Below are positions 1 to 8,035 of a stretch of DNA of 64,000 nucleotides, one piece after another. Source of the stretch: a virus; IMG/VR virus record IMGVR_UViG_3300030329_001736, positions 1-64,000 of that record. The stretch is one strand, 5' to 3'. The notes beneath the pieces are model-generated. The model was not told the DNA's origin, made no database searches, and was given only the letters and a program-made list of their open reading frames with translations. The position numbers and the translations under genes are program-made. Each line of letters starts with the position of its first letter. Position 1 is the stretch's first letter.

Positions 1-942
1 GGTAAAGTTCTTACGCTCGGCAGCGATGCTGGTAGCACACAGACGGCGATAAAATCTACGGGTCAGGAACGCATCAGGATTGACGACTCGGGCCGGGTTG
101 GGATTGGGACAAGTTCGCCAGATGCTAACTCAAAACTCGACGTTAATGGTCAAGTCATTGTACGCAACACTGGTGCTGGTGTGGATACGACTCCCGGCGG
201 TCAATACGGATTTTATATCCAGCCAGATAGCGGCGGTAACGTCAATTTGATGTCGTACAGCGGGGGCGGAGGCACTCAACTCAGGTTCTACACTAACGCC
301 GGTGCCGGTTCTGCTGCGGCAGAGCGCATGTCGATCAACTCCGCTGGCGCAGTTACGGTCCAAGGGGCGTTGTCCGCTGCCAATTTTAAAATCAACGGCG
401 CGCAAGGCAGCGATGGGCAGGTGCTAACGTCCACGGGTTCTGGAGTTGCATGGGAAGACGCAAGCGGTGGTGGTGGAGGTGGAGCCACATACGACGTAAT
501 CTATGCAGGAACGACGCCTTCTACGTCTACTTATATTGATTGTAACGGATATAAGTATATCAAGTGTATTGGGTTTATAACCAGTAACGCTTCAAACTCG
601 GGAGTAGGTGTATATACAAACACCTCTGGTGGCACAGTATCTTCGTCTCAAGGATATTGGTATCGAATTCAAGGGGGCAATACTAATGGTGTTACATATG
701 GTTCGTACAGTCCCTCTTCTGGGCAGGGTTATTTCGGGCACAACTCGACTGCCGATTATGTACTTACCACCGCTGAAGTGTTCGGTTTAGGCACTTCAAC
801 CCAGACGTTTCACAATACGGCCTGGGTTAAATCAGCCGGTACTATGATAGGACACTGGACCGGGAAAACTGCCTCCAGCTCATTAAGATATATTAAACCC
901 CATATGAGTTTCACTACATTCTACGTTATAGGAGTCAAGTAA
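1..942 (+). CDS. Tail fibre, C-terminal part (5'-truncated; frame open from base 1)
   Basis: Frame 1 is open from base 1. It has RIDxSGRVGIGTSSP fibre repeats and a GQVLTSTGSGVAW motif. Confidence 0.8.
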   Translation, partial: GKVLTLGSDAGSTQTAIKSTGQERIRIDDSGRVGIGTSSPDANSKLDVNGQVIVRNTGAGVDTTPGGQYGFYIQPDSGGNVNLMSYSGGGGTQLRFYTNAGAGSAAAERMSINSAGAVTVQGALSAANFKINGAQGSDGQVLTSTGSGVAWEDASGGGGGGATYDVIYAGTTPSTSTYIDCNGYKYIKCIGFITSNASNSGVGVYTNTSGGTVSSSQGYWYRIQGGNTNGVTYGSYSPSSGQGYFGHNSTADYVLTTAEVFGLGTSTQTFHNTAWVKSAGTMIGHWTGKTASSSLRYIKPHMSFTTFYVIGVK

Positions 943-1313
943 TGAGTACAGAAACGCTCGGCGTCTATAAGGTCGGAGATGAATGGAGTTTTGTAAAAGG
1001 TCCGGGTATAGAAGAGGTGTTAGCTAATGAAAATAGCGATGAATCCTTTATCTCTACCCTTACCTATACCGGAGAAGTTGATAATATCCAGTTCGACTTA
1101 ATCACGGTTAATGCAGACGAAACATTAACTTACAACCAAGATGAACACGATAAGAGGCTTGATTCTTTTAGGGAAACATATGCGGATAAACGGCGTGAAG
1201 ATTATCCTCCAATTGGCGACCAGCTAGACATGATCTACCACGCTGGTCAAGGCGGTGATGAGTTCCAAGCAGCAATCAAAGCTGTTAAGGATGCACACCC
1301 AAAGCCTTCGTAA
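942..1313 (+). CDS. Tail-fibre assembly/chaperone-like protein
   Basis: C-terminal YADKRREDYPPIGDQLDMIYH...VKDAHPKP motif, typical of genes that follow marine phage fibres. Confidence 0.6.
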   Translation: MSTETLGVYKVGDEWSFVKGPGIEEVLANENSDESFISTLTYTGEVDNIQFDLITVNADETLTYNQDEHDKRLDSFRETYADKRREDYPPIGDQLDMIYHAGQGGDEFQAAIKAVKDAHPKPS

Positions 1314-1354
1314 TAACTTAAACTTTGTAACCCAAGATAAGGATTAAAAAACAA

Positions 1355-1684
1355 ATGAGTACGACCTACGCATGGACATTCGACCTGCAAACCGCGACCT
1401 CTCCGGTCGATGGTAAAGATGACGTAATCAAGGAAATCCATTGGCGGTTTGTCGCCACCACTGACGATGACCCGCCACTTGCACCTAACGTGTATAGCAG
1501 CGTTGCACTTGGCGATCCTGACGACAGTTTTGTCGCATTTAACGATGTAACCAAAGAGATGTGCAGGGATTGGGTTCTTGCAGCTTGCGGCAAAACGGAA
1601 GACGAACTCATAGCTATGCTTGACCGACAAATTGCAGCAATTAAAACTCCTGCCCTGGCATCTAAAGTTCCTAGTAGTTGGTAA
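1355..1684 (+). CDS. Conserved fibre-associated protein (homolog of 44403-44732)
   Basis: DVIKEIHWR...F..F..VTKE...WV...P..W pattern shared with 44403-44732. Confidence 0.6.
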   Translation: MSTTYAWTFDLQTATSPVDGKDDVIKEIHWRFVATTDDDPPLAPNVYSSVALGDPDDSFVAFNDVTKEMCRDWVLAACGKTEDELIAMLDRQIAAIKTPALASKVPSSW

Positions 1685-1699
1685 TAGGAGAAAAAGGTA

Positions 1700-2572
1700 A
1701 TGGCGTTAACTAAAGTTACCAAAGATGTCTTAGGAGACAATGAAGTCGGCGCGGCGCATATTTCAGACAACTCCGTGAACTCTAGCGAGCTTGCAGACAA
1801 CGCTGTTACCTCTAGTAAAATTTCTGCAAACGCTGTTACCTCTAGTAAAATTTCTGCAAACGCTGTTACCGAGAGCAAAATTGCCAACAACTCTGTGAGC
1901 GGACAGAAAATCGCGATGGGCAGTGACGCCCAAGGCGATATCCTGTTCCGTGGGGCGAGCGGCTACGAGAGGTTGGCGAAGGGTGCCGCTGGACAAAAAC
2001 TCCAAATGAACAGCGGTGCAACCGCTCCAGAGTGGGCCGATGACAGCACATATCGGGCCGGGGAGGTCATCGAAGAAATTGCGCTCATTCAAAACGGTTC
2101 TAGCCAGACAGTTTTGAGCGGGACATATACCGCCGGAAACGTCACTGTGAAACAAGAACCCGGCGACACCTACGTCGATATGACTGGGAGTTCCATCAGC
2201 TATACACCGCCGTCATCTGCGTCACGGGTAGTCTACTCGTTGATTTTTTATGCGTCATACGCGAGCGGCGCGACCTCAATTGCTCATTTCAGACTTTATC
2301 TTGATAGCAATGAGGTGACGCGGGCACGCACATCATTCGGCGGTACTTACTTTGAAGGCGTGTATAACATCAGTTGGCCCTTTGAAATTGGAGGCTCTGC
2401 TAACACAACGACCGGGAAAGTTGCAAGCTGGTCGTCCGCAAAACAAATCAAGGTGCAGACGCGCAGGTCTTCGTCCAGTTATCCAATGAGGTTGCACGAA
2501 ACGTACAACTGGGATTCTTCTCCCAGCACGAACCTCCATCCACCAATCATTAACATTCGGGCAATCAAATGA
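1700..2572 (+). CDS. Secondary tail fibre / receptor-binding protein
   Basis: MALTKV start, NAVTSSKI shaft repeats, MGSDAQGDIL..G...RL.KG.AGQ.L motif, GEVIE-type head domain. Confidence 0.7.
   Translation: MALTKVTKDVLGDNEVGAAHISDNSVNSSELADNAVTSSKISANAVTSSKISANAVTESKIANNSVSGQKIAMGSDAQGDILFRGASGYERLAKGAAGQKLQMNSGATAPEWADDSTYRAGEVIEEIALIQNGSSQTVLSGTYTAGNVTVKQEPGDTYVDMTGSSISYTPPSSASRVVYSLIFYASYASGATSIAHFRLYLDSNEVTRARTSFGGTYFEGVYNISWPFEIGGSANTTTGKVASWSSAKQIKVQTRRSSSSYPMRLHETYNWDSSPSTNLHPPIINIRAIK
1799..1870 (+). repeat. 30-bp tandem repeat encoding NAVTSSKISA
   Basis: cgctgttacctctagtaaaatttctgcaaa occurs twice exactly (1801-1860), with partial flanking copies. Confidence 0.9.
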
Positions 2573-2724
2573 CCGATCCCAAAGCAATCACTGATTTAGC
2601 CGCCGCTGGAACAGGGTTGGCTACTGTATTCAGTTGGCTACCAGAGGTCGCAGCTTTATTCACAATTGTTTGGTATTTGTGGCGTTTCTTTGAGAAGATT
2701 AAAGATAAATGGTTAAAAAACTAG
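2569..2724 (+). CDS. Small holin-like membrane protein (51 aa, absent from ORF track)
   Basis: MTDPKAITDLAAAGTGLATVFSWLPEVAALFTIVWYLWRFFEKIKDKWLKN. ATGA overlap with the upstream gene, hydrophobic core, basic tail, T7 gp17.5 position. Confidence 0.65.
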   Translation: MTDPKAITDLAAAGTGLATVFSWLPEVAALFTIVWYLWRFFEKIKDKWLKN

Positions 2725-3017
2725 CAGCGTTCTCAGCAGCATTTCTACTGTTGATGTTCTCATGTAGCTGCACAAGTTACGCACAAGTAGCATGTGGCCC
2801 TCGCACAGACGTTGTTAAAAGGCTTGCCGAAAAATATCAAGAACTCCAAGTAGCAATGGGACTTAGTGTCACTGGTAAACTTGTAGAAGTCTTTGTTTCA
2901 AAGGAGGGTGCTTTTACAGTCCTTTTGTCAGAACCTAACGGCAAGTCTTGCATAGCAACAACAGGTCACAATTGGGTTACTGAAGGCTTTCCAGAGGTGC
3001 CGAAAGTTGGAACTTGA
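2709..3017 (+). CDS. Secreted/periplasmic small protein
   Basis: Signal peptide; C..R..V...L...Y.E.....G....VEVF.S..G.FT.....P.G..C pattern, recalled from alphaproteobacterial proteins. Confidence 0.55.
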   Translation: MVKKLAAFSAAFLLLMFSCSCTSYAQVACGPRTDVVKRLAEKYQELQVAMGLSVTGKLVEVFVSKEGAFTVLLSEPNGKSCIATTGHNWVTEGFPEVPKVGT

Positions 3018-3354
3018 TGTAAGGTTGTTGGTCACTCTAGGCGGCATGGCAGTCAGCGTGATCAGTAGTTTTGTTGTGGTTAAAACTAAACTTCAGCAAG
3101 TAGAAAAAGACATTAATGAGACATTCAACCGTATTTCTGGTCTAGATACTCGTCTAGATATTAACGATAAAAATACAGAAGTTACTAAACAAAGACTTGG
3201 TGTATTGGTCAGTATGATGTCTCCAGAGACTATGGAGAAACGTCATAGAGAAACTGAAAGAATGCAAGTGACTATTGATACTTTAGTCTCTGATGTTTCC
3301 TCATTAAAGAAGATGCATAATGGGGCGCACCCTGTAATCAAAGGTGGAAAATGA
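3007..3354 (+). CDS. N-terminal TM plus coiled-coil protein (lysis region; homolog of 60127-60498)
   Basis: TM helix, coiled coil, terminal MHNGAHP. Confidence 0.6.
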   Translation: MELDVRLLVTLGGMAVSVISSFVVVKTKLQQVEKDINETFNRISGLDTRLDINDKNTEVTKQRLGVLVSMMSPETMEKRHRETERMQVTIDTLVSDVSSLKKMHNGAHPVIKGGK

Positions 3355-3452
3355 AGTATGTAGAAGAGTTCTTTGATTATCTGTATTTCAAAATGTTTAA
3401 GAAGAAGCCTGGGGATGACATACCTAAATATCTATCGGGTAAGGGAAAATGA
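3351..3452 (+). CDS. 33-aa hypothetical protein
   Basis: ATGA overlaps at both ends; fills the gap in the operon. Confidence 0.45.
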   Translation: MKYVEEFFDYLYFKMFKKKPGDDIPKYLSGKGK

Positions 3453-3847
3453 TTGGACTTGTAACTAGCCTTCTACCTGTTGTCGGAAATGTACTAGATA
3501 GAGTACTTCCTGACACAGTTGAGAAGGACCGTGTAAAAGCAGAGCTACACTCTCAGATGCTTCAACACAGCGCGTCTATTGAGAAGGCTGCTGCTGATGT
3601 TGTGATTGCAGAAGCCAAAGGAGAAAGTTGGATTCAGCGGTCATGGCGTCCAATTACCATGATGTCTTTTGTCACAATAATCATAAACAATTACATTGCA
3701 GTTCCTTGGTTACAGACGCTTGGATATCCTGCTGTATCCCTAGAAGTCCCACCGGATATGTGGACTCTCCTTCAAATTGGTCTTGGAGGGTACATCGTGA
3801 GTCGCGGGGCAGAAAAGGGTATTAAGAACTGGAAGGATAAACCTTGA
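3449..3847 (+). CDS. 3TM holin-like protein (GTA holin family)
   Basis: AEAKGESWIQRSWRP...LGGYIVSRG.EK motif. Confidence 0.7.
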   Translation: MIGLVTSLLPVVGNVLDRVLPDTVEKDRVKAELHSQMLQHSASIEKAAADVVIAEAKGESWIQRSWRPITMMSFVTIIINNYIAVPWLQTLGYPAVSLEVPPDMWTLLQIGLGGYIVSRGAEKGIKNWKDKP

Positions 3848-4059
3848 AGACGCCAGAAGAGCTATTAGCAGATTTACACTCAGAGGTCGCTAAAGACCTC
3901 CTCAACAGAGTTAAGAGTGGGGAAGCCTCAAGTCAGGAACTTTCTGTTGCTGTGCGATTCCTAAAGGACAACAACATTGAGGCTCAGATGACTGAAAATA
4001 GCCCATTAGCACACCTGGTGGACTCATTACCCATATTTGATGACGAAAAACTGCACTAA
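3844..4059 (+). CDS. Terminase small subunit (T7 gp18-like)
   Basis: L..LH......LL.RVKSGEA...EL.VA..FLKDNNI motif; directly upstream of TerL. Confidence 0.85.
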   Translation: MKTPEELLADLHSEVAKDLLNRVKSGEASSQELSVAVRFLKDNNIEAQMTENSPLAHLVDSLPIFDDEKLH

Positions 4060-5845
4060 AAACCCCGAAATGCCCGCTAAGGCCCCTAGGAAGCCCACGC
4101 AGAAGAATAAGGGTGTTTCTGGGGGCAGGGTAGCCAAGGCATCGAAGAAGGCTACTCAGGAACGCTCTGAGGAGTCTGTTTCAGAAGATTTCAGGATGTT
4201 TCTCTTCTTGATCTGGAAACATCTCAGTTTACCACCCCCAACTCCGGTACAGTACAACATTGCAACCTATCTACAACATGGTCCAAAGCGATCTTGCGTA
4301 CAAGCATTTCGAGGAGTCGGTAAATCGTGGATTACCTCCGCATTTACGTTATGGACTCTCTACAGAAACCCCGAGACGAAAATACTCGTTGTCAGTGCGT
4401 CTAAGGAAAGAGCGGATGCATTTTCGACGTTTACTCTCAGACTTATTTCAGAGGTGCCATTTCTCAAGCACCTAAAACCCAAAGAAGAACAGAGAAGCTC
4501 CAAGATTGCCTTTGATGTAGGACCGGCAAAAGCCGCTCATGCCCCCAGTGTCAAATCTGTGGGAATCACAGGACAGCTAACAGGCTCCCGTGGCGACCTG
4601 ATCATCGCTGATGACGTTGAAGTTCCCAATAACAGTGCAACACAGCAGATGCGAGACAAGCTCAGTGAGCAAGTCAAGGAGTTTGACGCTGTGTTAAGCC
4701 CTGGGGGACGTATAATCTACTTAGGAACCCCTCAGACTGAAGACAGCCTGTATCAGGCACTGTCTGACCGTGGGTATGACCTGAGGGTTTGGCCCGCATT
4801 AAAACCTAGTGCCAAGGAAGAGGCGCAGTATGGGAATATGCTGGCTGATTTCATAAGTGATCTGCCAATGGAACCGGGTGATCCCACCGATCCTCTCAGG
4901 TTTGACACTGAAGACCTACTGGAACGCAAGGCATCCTACGGTAAAGCTGGGTTTGCCCTACAGTTCATGTTGAATACCCAGTTATCTGATGTTGAAAGGT
5001 ATCCGCTGAAGGTCAGGGATATCCTGTTCATGGCGTGTGACAAGACACTGGCACCCATGAAGATTGGCTGGGGGCCTGATGAGGACAGGCGGCTGAATAG
5101 TCTGCCTAACACAGCCATGAATGGGGATTACATGTATGCCCCCATGCATATCGACAGGGAACATGTGTCTGAATACACAGGGTCAGTCATGGCTATTGAC
5201 CCCTCAGGCAGAGGTCAAGATGAGACAGGGTACGCTGTGGTCAAGATGCTCAATGGGTATCTGTTTGTTGTAGCCTGTGGGGGACTCAAGGGGGGCTATG
5301 ATGACCAGACGTTACAGACACTGGCTGGACTTGCTAAGAGTCACTCAGTGAATTCTGTGATTGTCGAGAGCAACTTCGGTGATGGGATGTACACCAAACT
5401 GCTGATCCCTGTGATGAACAAGATACACAGGGTGATGATTGAAGAGGTGAGGCACAGTCAGCAGAAAGAGAAGCGCATCATAGACACCATAGAGCCTGTG
5501 GTAGCCAGACATAAGCTGGTGATCGATCCCAGTGTGGTCGAAGAGGACTACAGGAGTGCCCAGAAGTACGACCAGTCTGTCAGACTCAGTAAACAACTGA
5601 TCTACCAGATGACCAGGGTTACCTATGAACGTGGAGCCCTGAGACATGACGATAGGCTTGATGCATTGTCCATGGCTGTTGGCTACTGGGTAGAACAGAT
5701 GGCTAGAGATGAATCACTGGGTATATCAGAAGAGAGAGATAAGGCTTTGCAAGCTGAACTGGATGACTTTGCTGATATGGTGAGAAACCCAATGGTGAAC
5801 AGGAAACAAAACCAGCATACAAGACCACTGGTCTGGATGAATTAA
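4037..5845 (+). CDS. terL: Terminase large subunit (T7 gp19-like); start may be 4070
   Basis: QAFRGVGKSWIT Walker A, IIADDVE Walker B, IDPSGRG and HDDRLDAL nuclease motifs. Confidence 0.97.
   Translation: MMTKNCTKNPEMPAKAPRKPTQKNKGVSGGRVAKASKKATQERSEESVSEDFRMFLFLIWKHLSLPPPTPVQYNIATYLQHGPKRSCVQAFRGVGKSWITSAFTLWTLYRNPETKILVVSASKERADAFSTFTLRLISEVPFLKHLKPKEEQRSSKIAFDVGPAKAAHAPSVKSVGITGQLTGSRGDLIIADDVEVPNNSATQQMRDKLSEQVKEFDAVLSPGGRIIYLGTPQTEDSLYQALSDRGYDLRVWPALKPSAKEEAQYGNMLADFISDLPMEPGDPTDPLRFDTEDLLERKASYGKAGFALQFMLNTQLSDVERYPLKVRDILFMACDKTLAPMKIGWGPDEDRRLNSLPNTAMNGDYMYAPMHIDREHVSEYTGSVMAIDPSGRGQDETGYAVVKMLNGYLFVVACGGLKGGYDDQTLQTLAGLAKSHSVNSVIVESNFGDGMYTKLLIPVMNKIHRVMIEEVRHSQQKEKRIIDTIEPVVARHKLVIDPSVVEEDYRSAQKYDQSVRLSKQLIYQMTRVTYERGALRHDDRLDALSMAVGYWVEQMARDESLGISEERDKALQAELDDFADMVRNPMVNRKQNQHTRPLVWMN
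4096..4160. other. Conserved DNA element shared with 60511-60574 (strong-gyrase-site-like)
   Basis: 20/27 identity in the 5' block and an exact 15-mer agaaggctactcagg at near-identical spacing. Confidence 0.45.
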
Positions 5846-5851
5846 TATGGT

Positions 5852-5864
5852 GCCATACTAGAAG
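5852..5864 (+). promoter_or_regulatory. Putative phage RNAP promoter (phiOR-like)
   Basis: GCCATACTAGAAG, intergenic just after terL; one of seven copies. Confidence 0.7.
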
Positions 5865-5869
5865 GAATG

Positions 5870-6020
5870 GGGGGTTACCTACCTGTATCCCCCCTAGGGT
5901 AACCTTAGGGTAATACAACTGTCCCCCTCCGGTTGGAACCTAAGGTTACCCCCTTCAATAGGAGTACCCTAGGGTAACCTTAGGGTAGTCAAAGGGTAGC
6001 CAAAGGGTAATCCTAGGGAA
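5870..6020. repeat. Genome-end short repeat array (SRR/SRL-like)
   Basis: ccctagggtaaccttagggta at 5892-5912 and 5967-5987; AGGGTA at 5971, 5982, 5993, 6004 and AGGGA at 6015 (11-bp period). Confidence 0.75.
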
Positions 6021-6451
6021 TGAATATCATTATTCATAACAATGAAGATAAAGACCCCTGGGTAACAGTGACCCGGTGCAGAATCCATAAGACTTGGTTG
6101 TCTGATTAACCTGTAGGGTTACATATGTACCGCTTGTATTTTCACTGAAAAATCTCAGGGGGTTGAATTAGCGCGAGCCTTCCCCGCTCCCCCCTTGGCC
6201 CCTCGCGCCGGGGTGTCTGACATTCATTCGTTAGGGGCCCCTCGGGTGCCCTCAGGGCGTCTAGACACAGCGCCCGACACAGCCCCGCCCAGCGGCCCCA
6301 CAATCCCCCCAGATTTACACATTTATTTAACATGTAGGCGAGCCTCAGGGCTCATCCTGTGGTTGATCCAAGGGGGAACCGTTGGGGTGCCCGCTGGTTG
6401 TCTATGTCTGTCCGTTTGTTTTTGTCCCCGTCATTTTTTTTATTTTCCCTA

Positions 6452-6479
6452 TTGCAACCCCTGTATAATTGTGAATAAT
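6452..6479 (+). promoter_or_regulatory. Putative host sigma70 early promoter
   Basis: TTGCAA-16 nt-AATAAT with an upstream T-tract, before the first early ORF. Confidence 0.45.
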
Positions 6480-6510
6480 GAGCATAGATACAACAAACCG
6501 GGGGCACCTA

Positions 6511-6654
6511 ATGGACGAACTAACCCTGACCGTCTGTCGCTTGACGTTTCTTTTCATCGTGGTTTCGCCGCTGGTGATCATGTTGGGCTTTACGATCCAC
6601 GATATATACCGCCGCGCCAAGGGAAAGCCGCCGTATCACAAGGGGGAATTCTAG
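6511..6654 (+). CDS. 47-aa early membrane protein (absent from ORF track)
   Basis: GGGG RBS; MDELTLTVCRLTFLFIVVSPLVIMLGFTIHDIYRRAKGKPPYHKGEF with one TM segment. Confidence 0.5.
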   Translation: MDELTLTVCRLTFLFIVVSPLVIMLGFTIHDIYRRAKGKPPYHKGEF

Positions 6655-6682
6655 GTGGAGACCGCCGCAAGCCAATAAATCC

Positions 6683-6744
6683 CCCTACTGATGAGCGGGG
6701 GTGGTCCCCCCGCGAAACAGTCCTGAAATACGGGCTGTCTAGGG
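6683..6744 (+). ncRNA. Hammerhead ribozyme, type I
   Basis: Stem I cccta/taggg, core CUGAUGA (6688-6694), 7-bp stem II gcggggg/cccccgc, GAAA (6714-6717), stem III acagucc/gggcugu, GUC cleavage triplet 6737-6739. Confidence 0.9.
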
Positions 6745-6768
6745 AAACTGAACAGAGGGAACTTAGAA

Positions 6769-6945
6769 ATGTTCGACATTGAAACCACGATGCCCGTGCC
6801 CACCAATACCAAGCCCATCGAAACCATTGACCGCGTGACTATCGACGCGCCACCGCCGCGCCACGGGGAAGGGCCTGCCGTTTTCGATTATTGTCTGGCC
6901 GCCGGTCGCGACCGCGTAGGCTTGAGGGGGGATAACTATGCGTAA
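6769..6945 (+). CDS. 58-aa early hypothetical protein
   Basis: GAGGGA RBS immediately 3' of the ribozyme; overlaps the start of the next gene. Confidence 0.5.
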   Translation: MFDIETTMPVPTNTKPIETIDRVTIDAPPPRHGEGPAVFDYCLAAGRDRVGLRGDNYA

Positions 6946-7699
6946 ATCCCTGCACGTTGTAAGCCTGTTTGATTTTACAGGGGCTGCGCTGGCCCCGTTT
7001 GCAAGCGCCGGTTTCAAGTGTTTTGCCTATGATATTCAGCATGAAGCCCGCGAGTATCCGTGGAAGCTTCCCGCCACGCGGGTAGACAATCTGGGCATTC
7101 GGTACATCCATGCTGATCTAGCCAGCCCCGATTATCTCCAAGCCATCGTGGACAGGCACAAGGGACGCACGCTCTTGTTATCTGCGTTCCCGCCTTGTAC
7201 GGACCTCGCCGCTTCGGGTGCCCGCTGGTGGAAGGCTAAGGCGGCGCGGAACCCGCACTTCCAAGAGGAAGCGGCGGCGATGGCTCGCAATGCAAGCGCG
7301 ATAGGCCGCATGCTCAATTGCCATTGGTATCTGGAAAATCCCATCGGTGCCCTGTCGCGCTTGTGGCGCAAACCTGATTACAAATTCCAGCCTTATGAGT
7401 ATTCCGGCTACATCCCTAAGGCTGATAGTATCCACCCGCTATATCCTGAGTACATCCCAGCGCGCGACCTCTACCGCAAACGCACTTGCATCTGGCATGG
7501 CGGGGGCTTTGTCGTACCGCCTAAGGAACAAGCAGGCGAACCGGTCAGCCTTGTTTATCAGCGCCGCGACCCGCGCAAGGGTGCCAACTTCTCGCCTCAG
7601 GCGGGAAAGCTTGGTGGCACCAGCCAGAAAACCAAAAACATACGCAGCGCCACGCCTAGGGGCTGGTCTAATGCCGTCTATTTGTTTAATTCCATGTAA
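6938..7699 (+). CDS. C5-cytosine DNA methyltransferase-like protein
   Basis: SLFDFTG (motif I variant), FPPCT (catalytic motif IV), ENP (motif VI). Confidence 0.8.
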   Translation: MRKSLHVVSLFDFTGAALAPFASAGFKCFAYDIQHEAREYPWKLPATRVDNLGIRYIHADLASPDYLQAIVDRHKGRTLLLSAFPPCTDLAASGARWWKAKAARNPHFQEEAAAMARNASAIGRMLNCHWYLENPIGALSRLWRKPDYKFQPYEYSGYIPKADSIHPLYPEYIPARDLYRKRTCIWHGGGFVVPPKEQAGEPVSLVYQRRDPRKGANFSPQAGKLGGTSQKTKNIRSATPRGWSNAVYLFNSM

Positions 7700-7718
7700 C
7701 TTGTAAGGGGACTACCAA

Positions 7719-8018
7719 ATGACAGATACAACACACCAGCTAGACCTTGATCTCACCCAGCGCGAAAACCAGCGCCTCACATATCCGCAACTAGAGGCGA
7801 AACTTGGGATTTTACACGGCACCATGCACAGCGCCAAGGCCCTAGGGCTTCTATACAGGTGCCAAGACTTCCAGCGGCGTTGCAAGAGCTTGGATATCAA
7901 CCAGCGCGAGCTAGGGCTGTACATGATTTCGCAATGGGTCTTGATGCGCGTGGAACTGGCGAAAACGCCGAAAGCTCTTGCGTCTACCGTAGACCGTTTG
8001 CGCCGTTTTACCTGTTAA
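7719..8018 (+). CDS. Early hypothetical protein
   Basis: Strong AAGGGGA RBS; operon position. Confidence 0.6.
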   Translation: MTDTTHQLDLDLTQRENQRLTYPQLEAKLGILHGTMHSAKALGLLYRCQDFQRRCKSLDINQRELGLYMISQWVLMRVELAKTPKALASTVDRLRRFTC

Positions 8019-8035
8019 ATTCGAGGGGATTACAA

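Noticed and set aside
5870-6020. Possible CRISPR-like array
   Set aside because: Short, irregular, phased repeats without unique spacers of constant length, and no cas genes; fits T7-type end repeats.
6195-6782. 195-aa ORF in the track
   Set aside because: TTG start without an RBS. It spans the end region, a promoter, a better small ORF and the ribozyme, and its composition is not protein-like.
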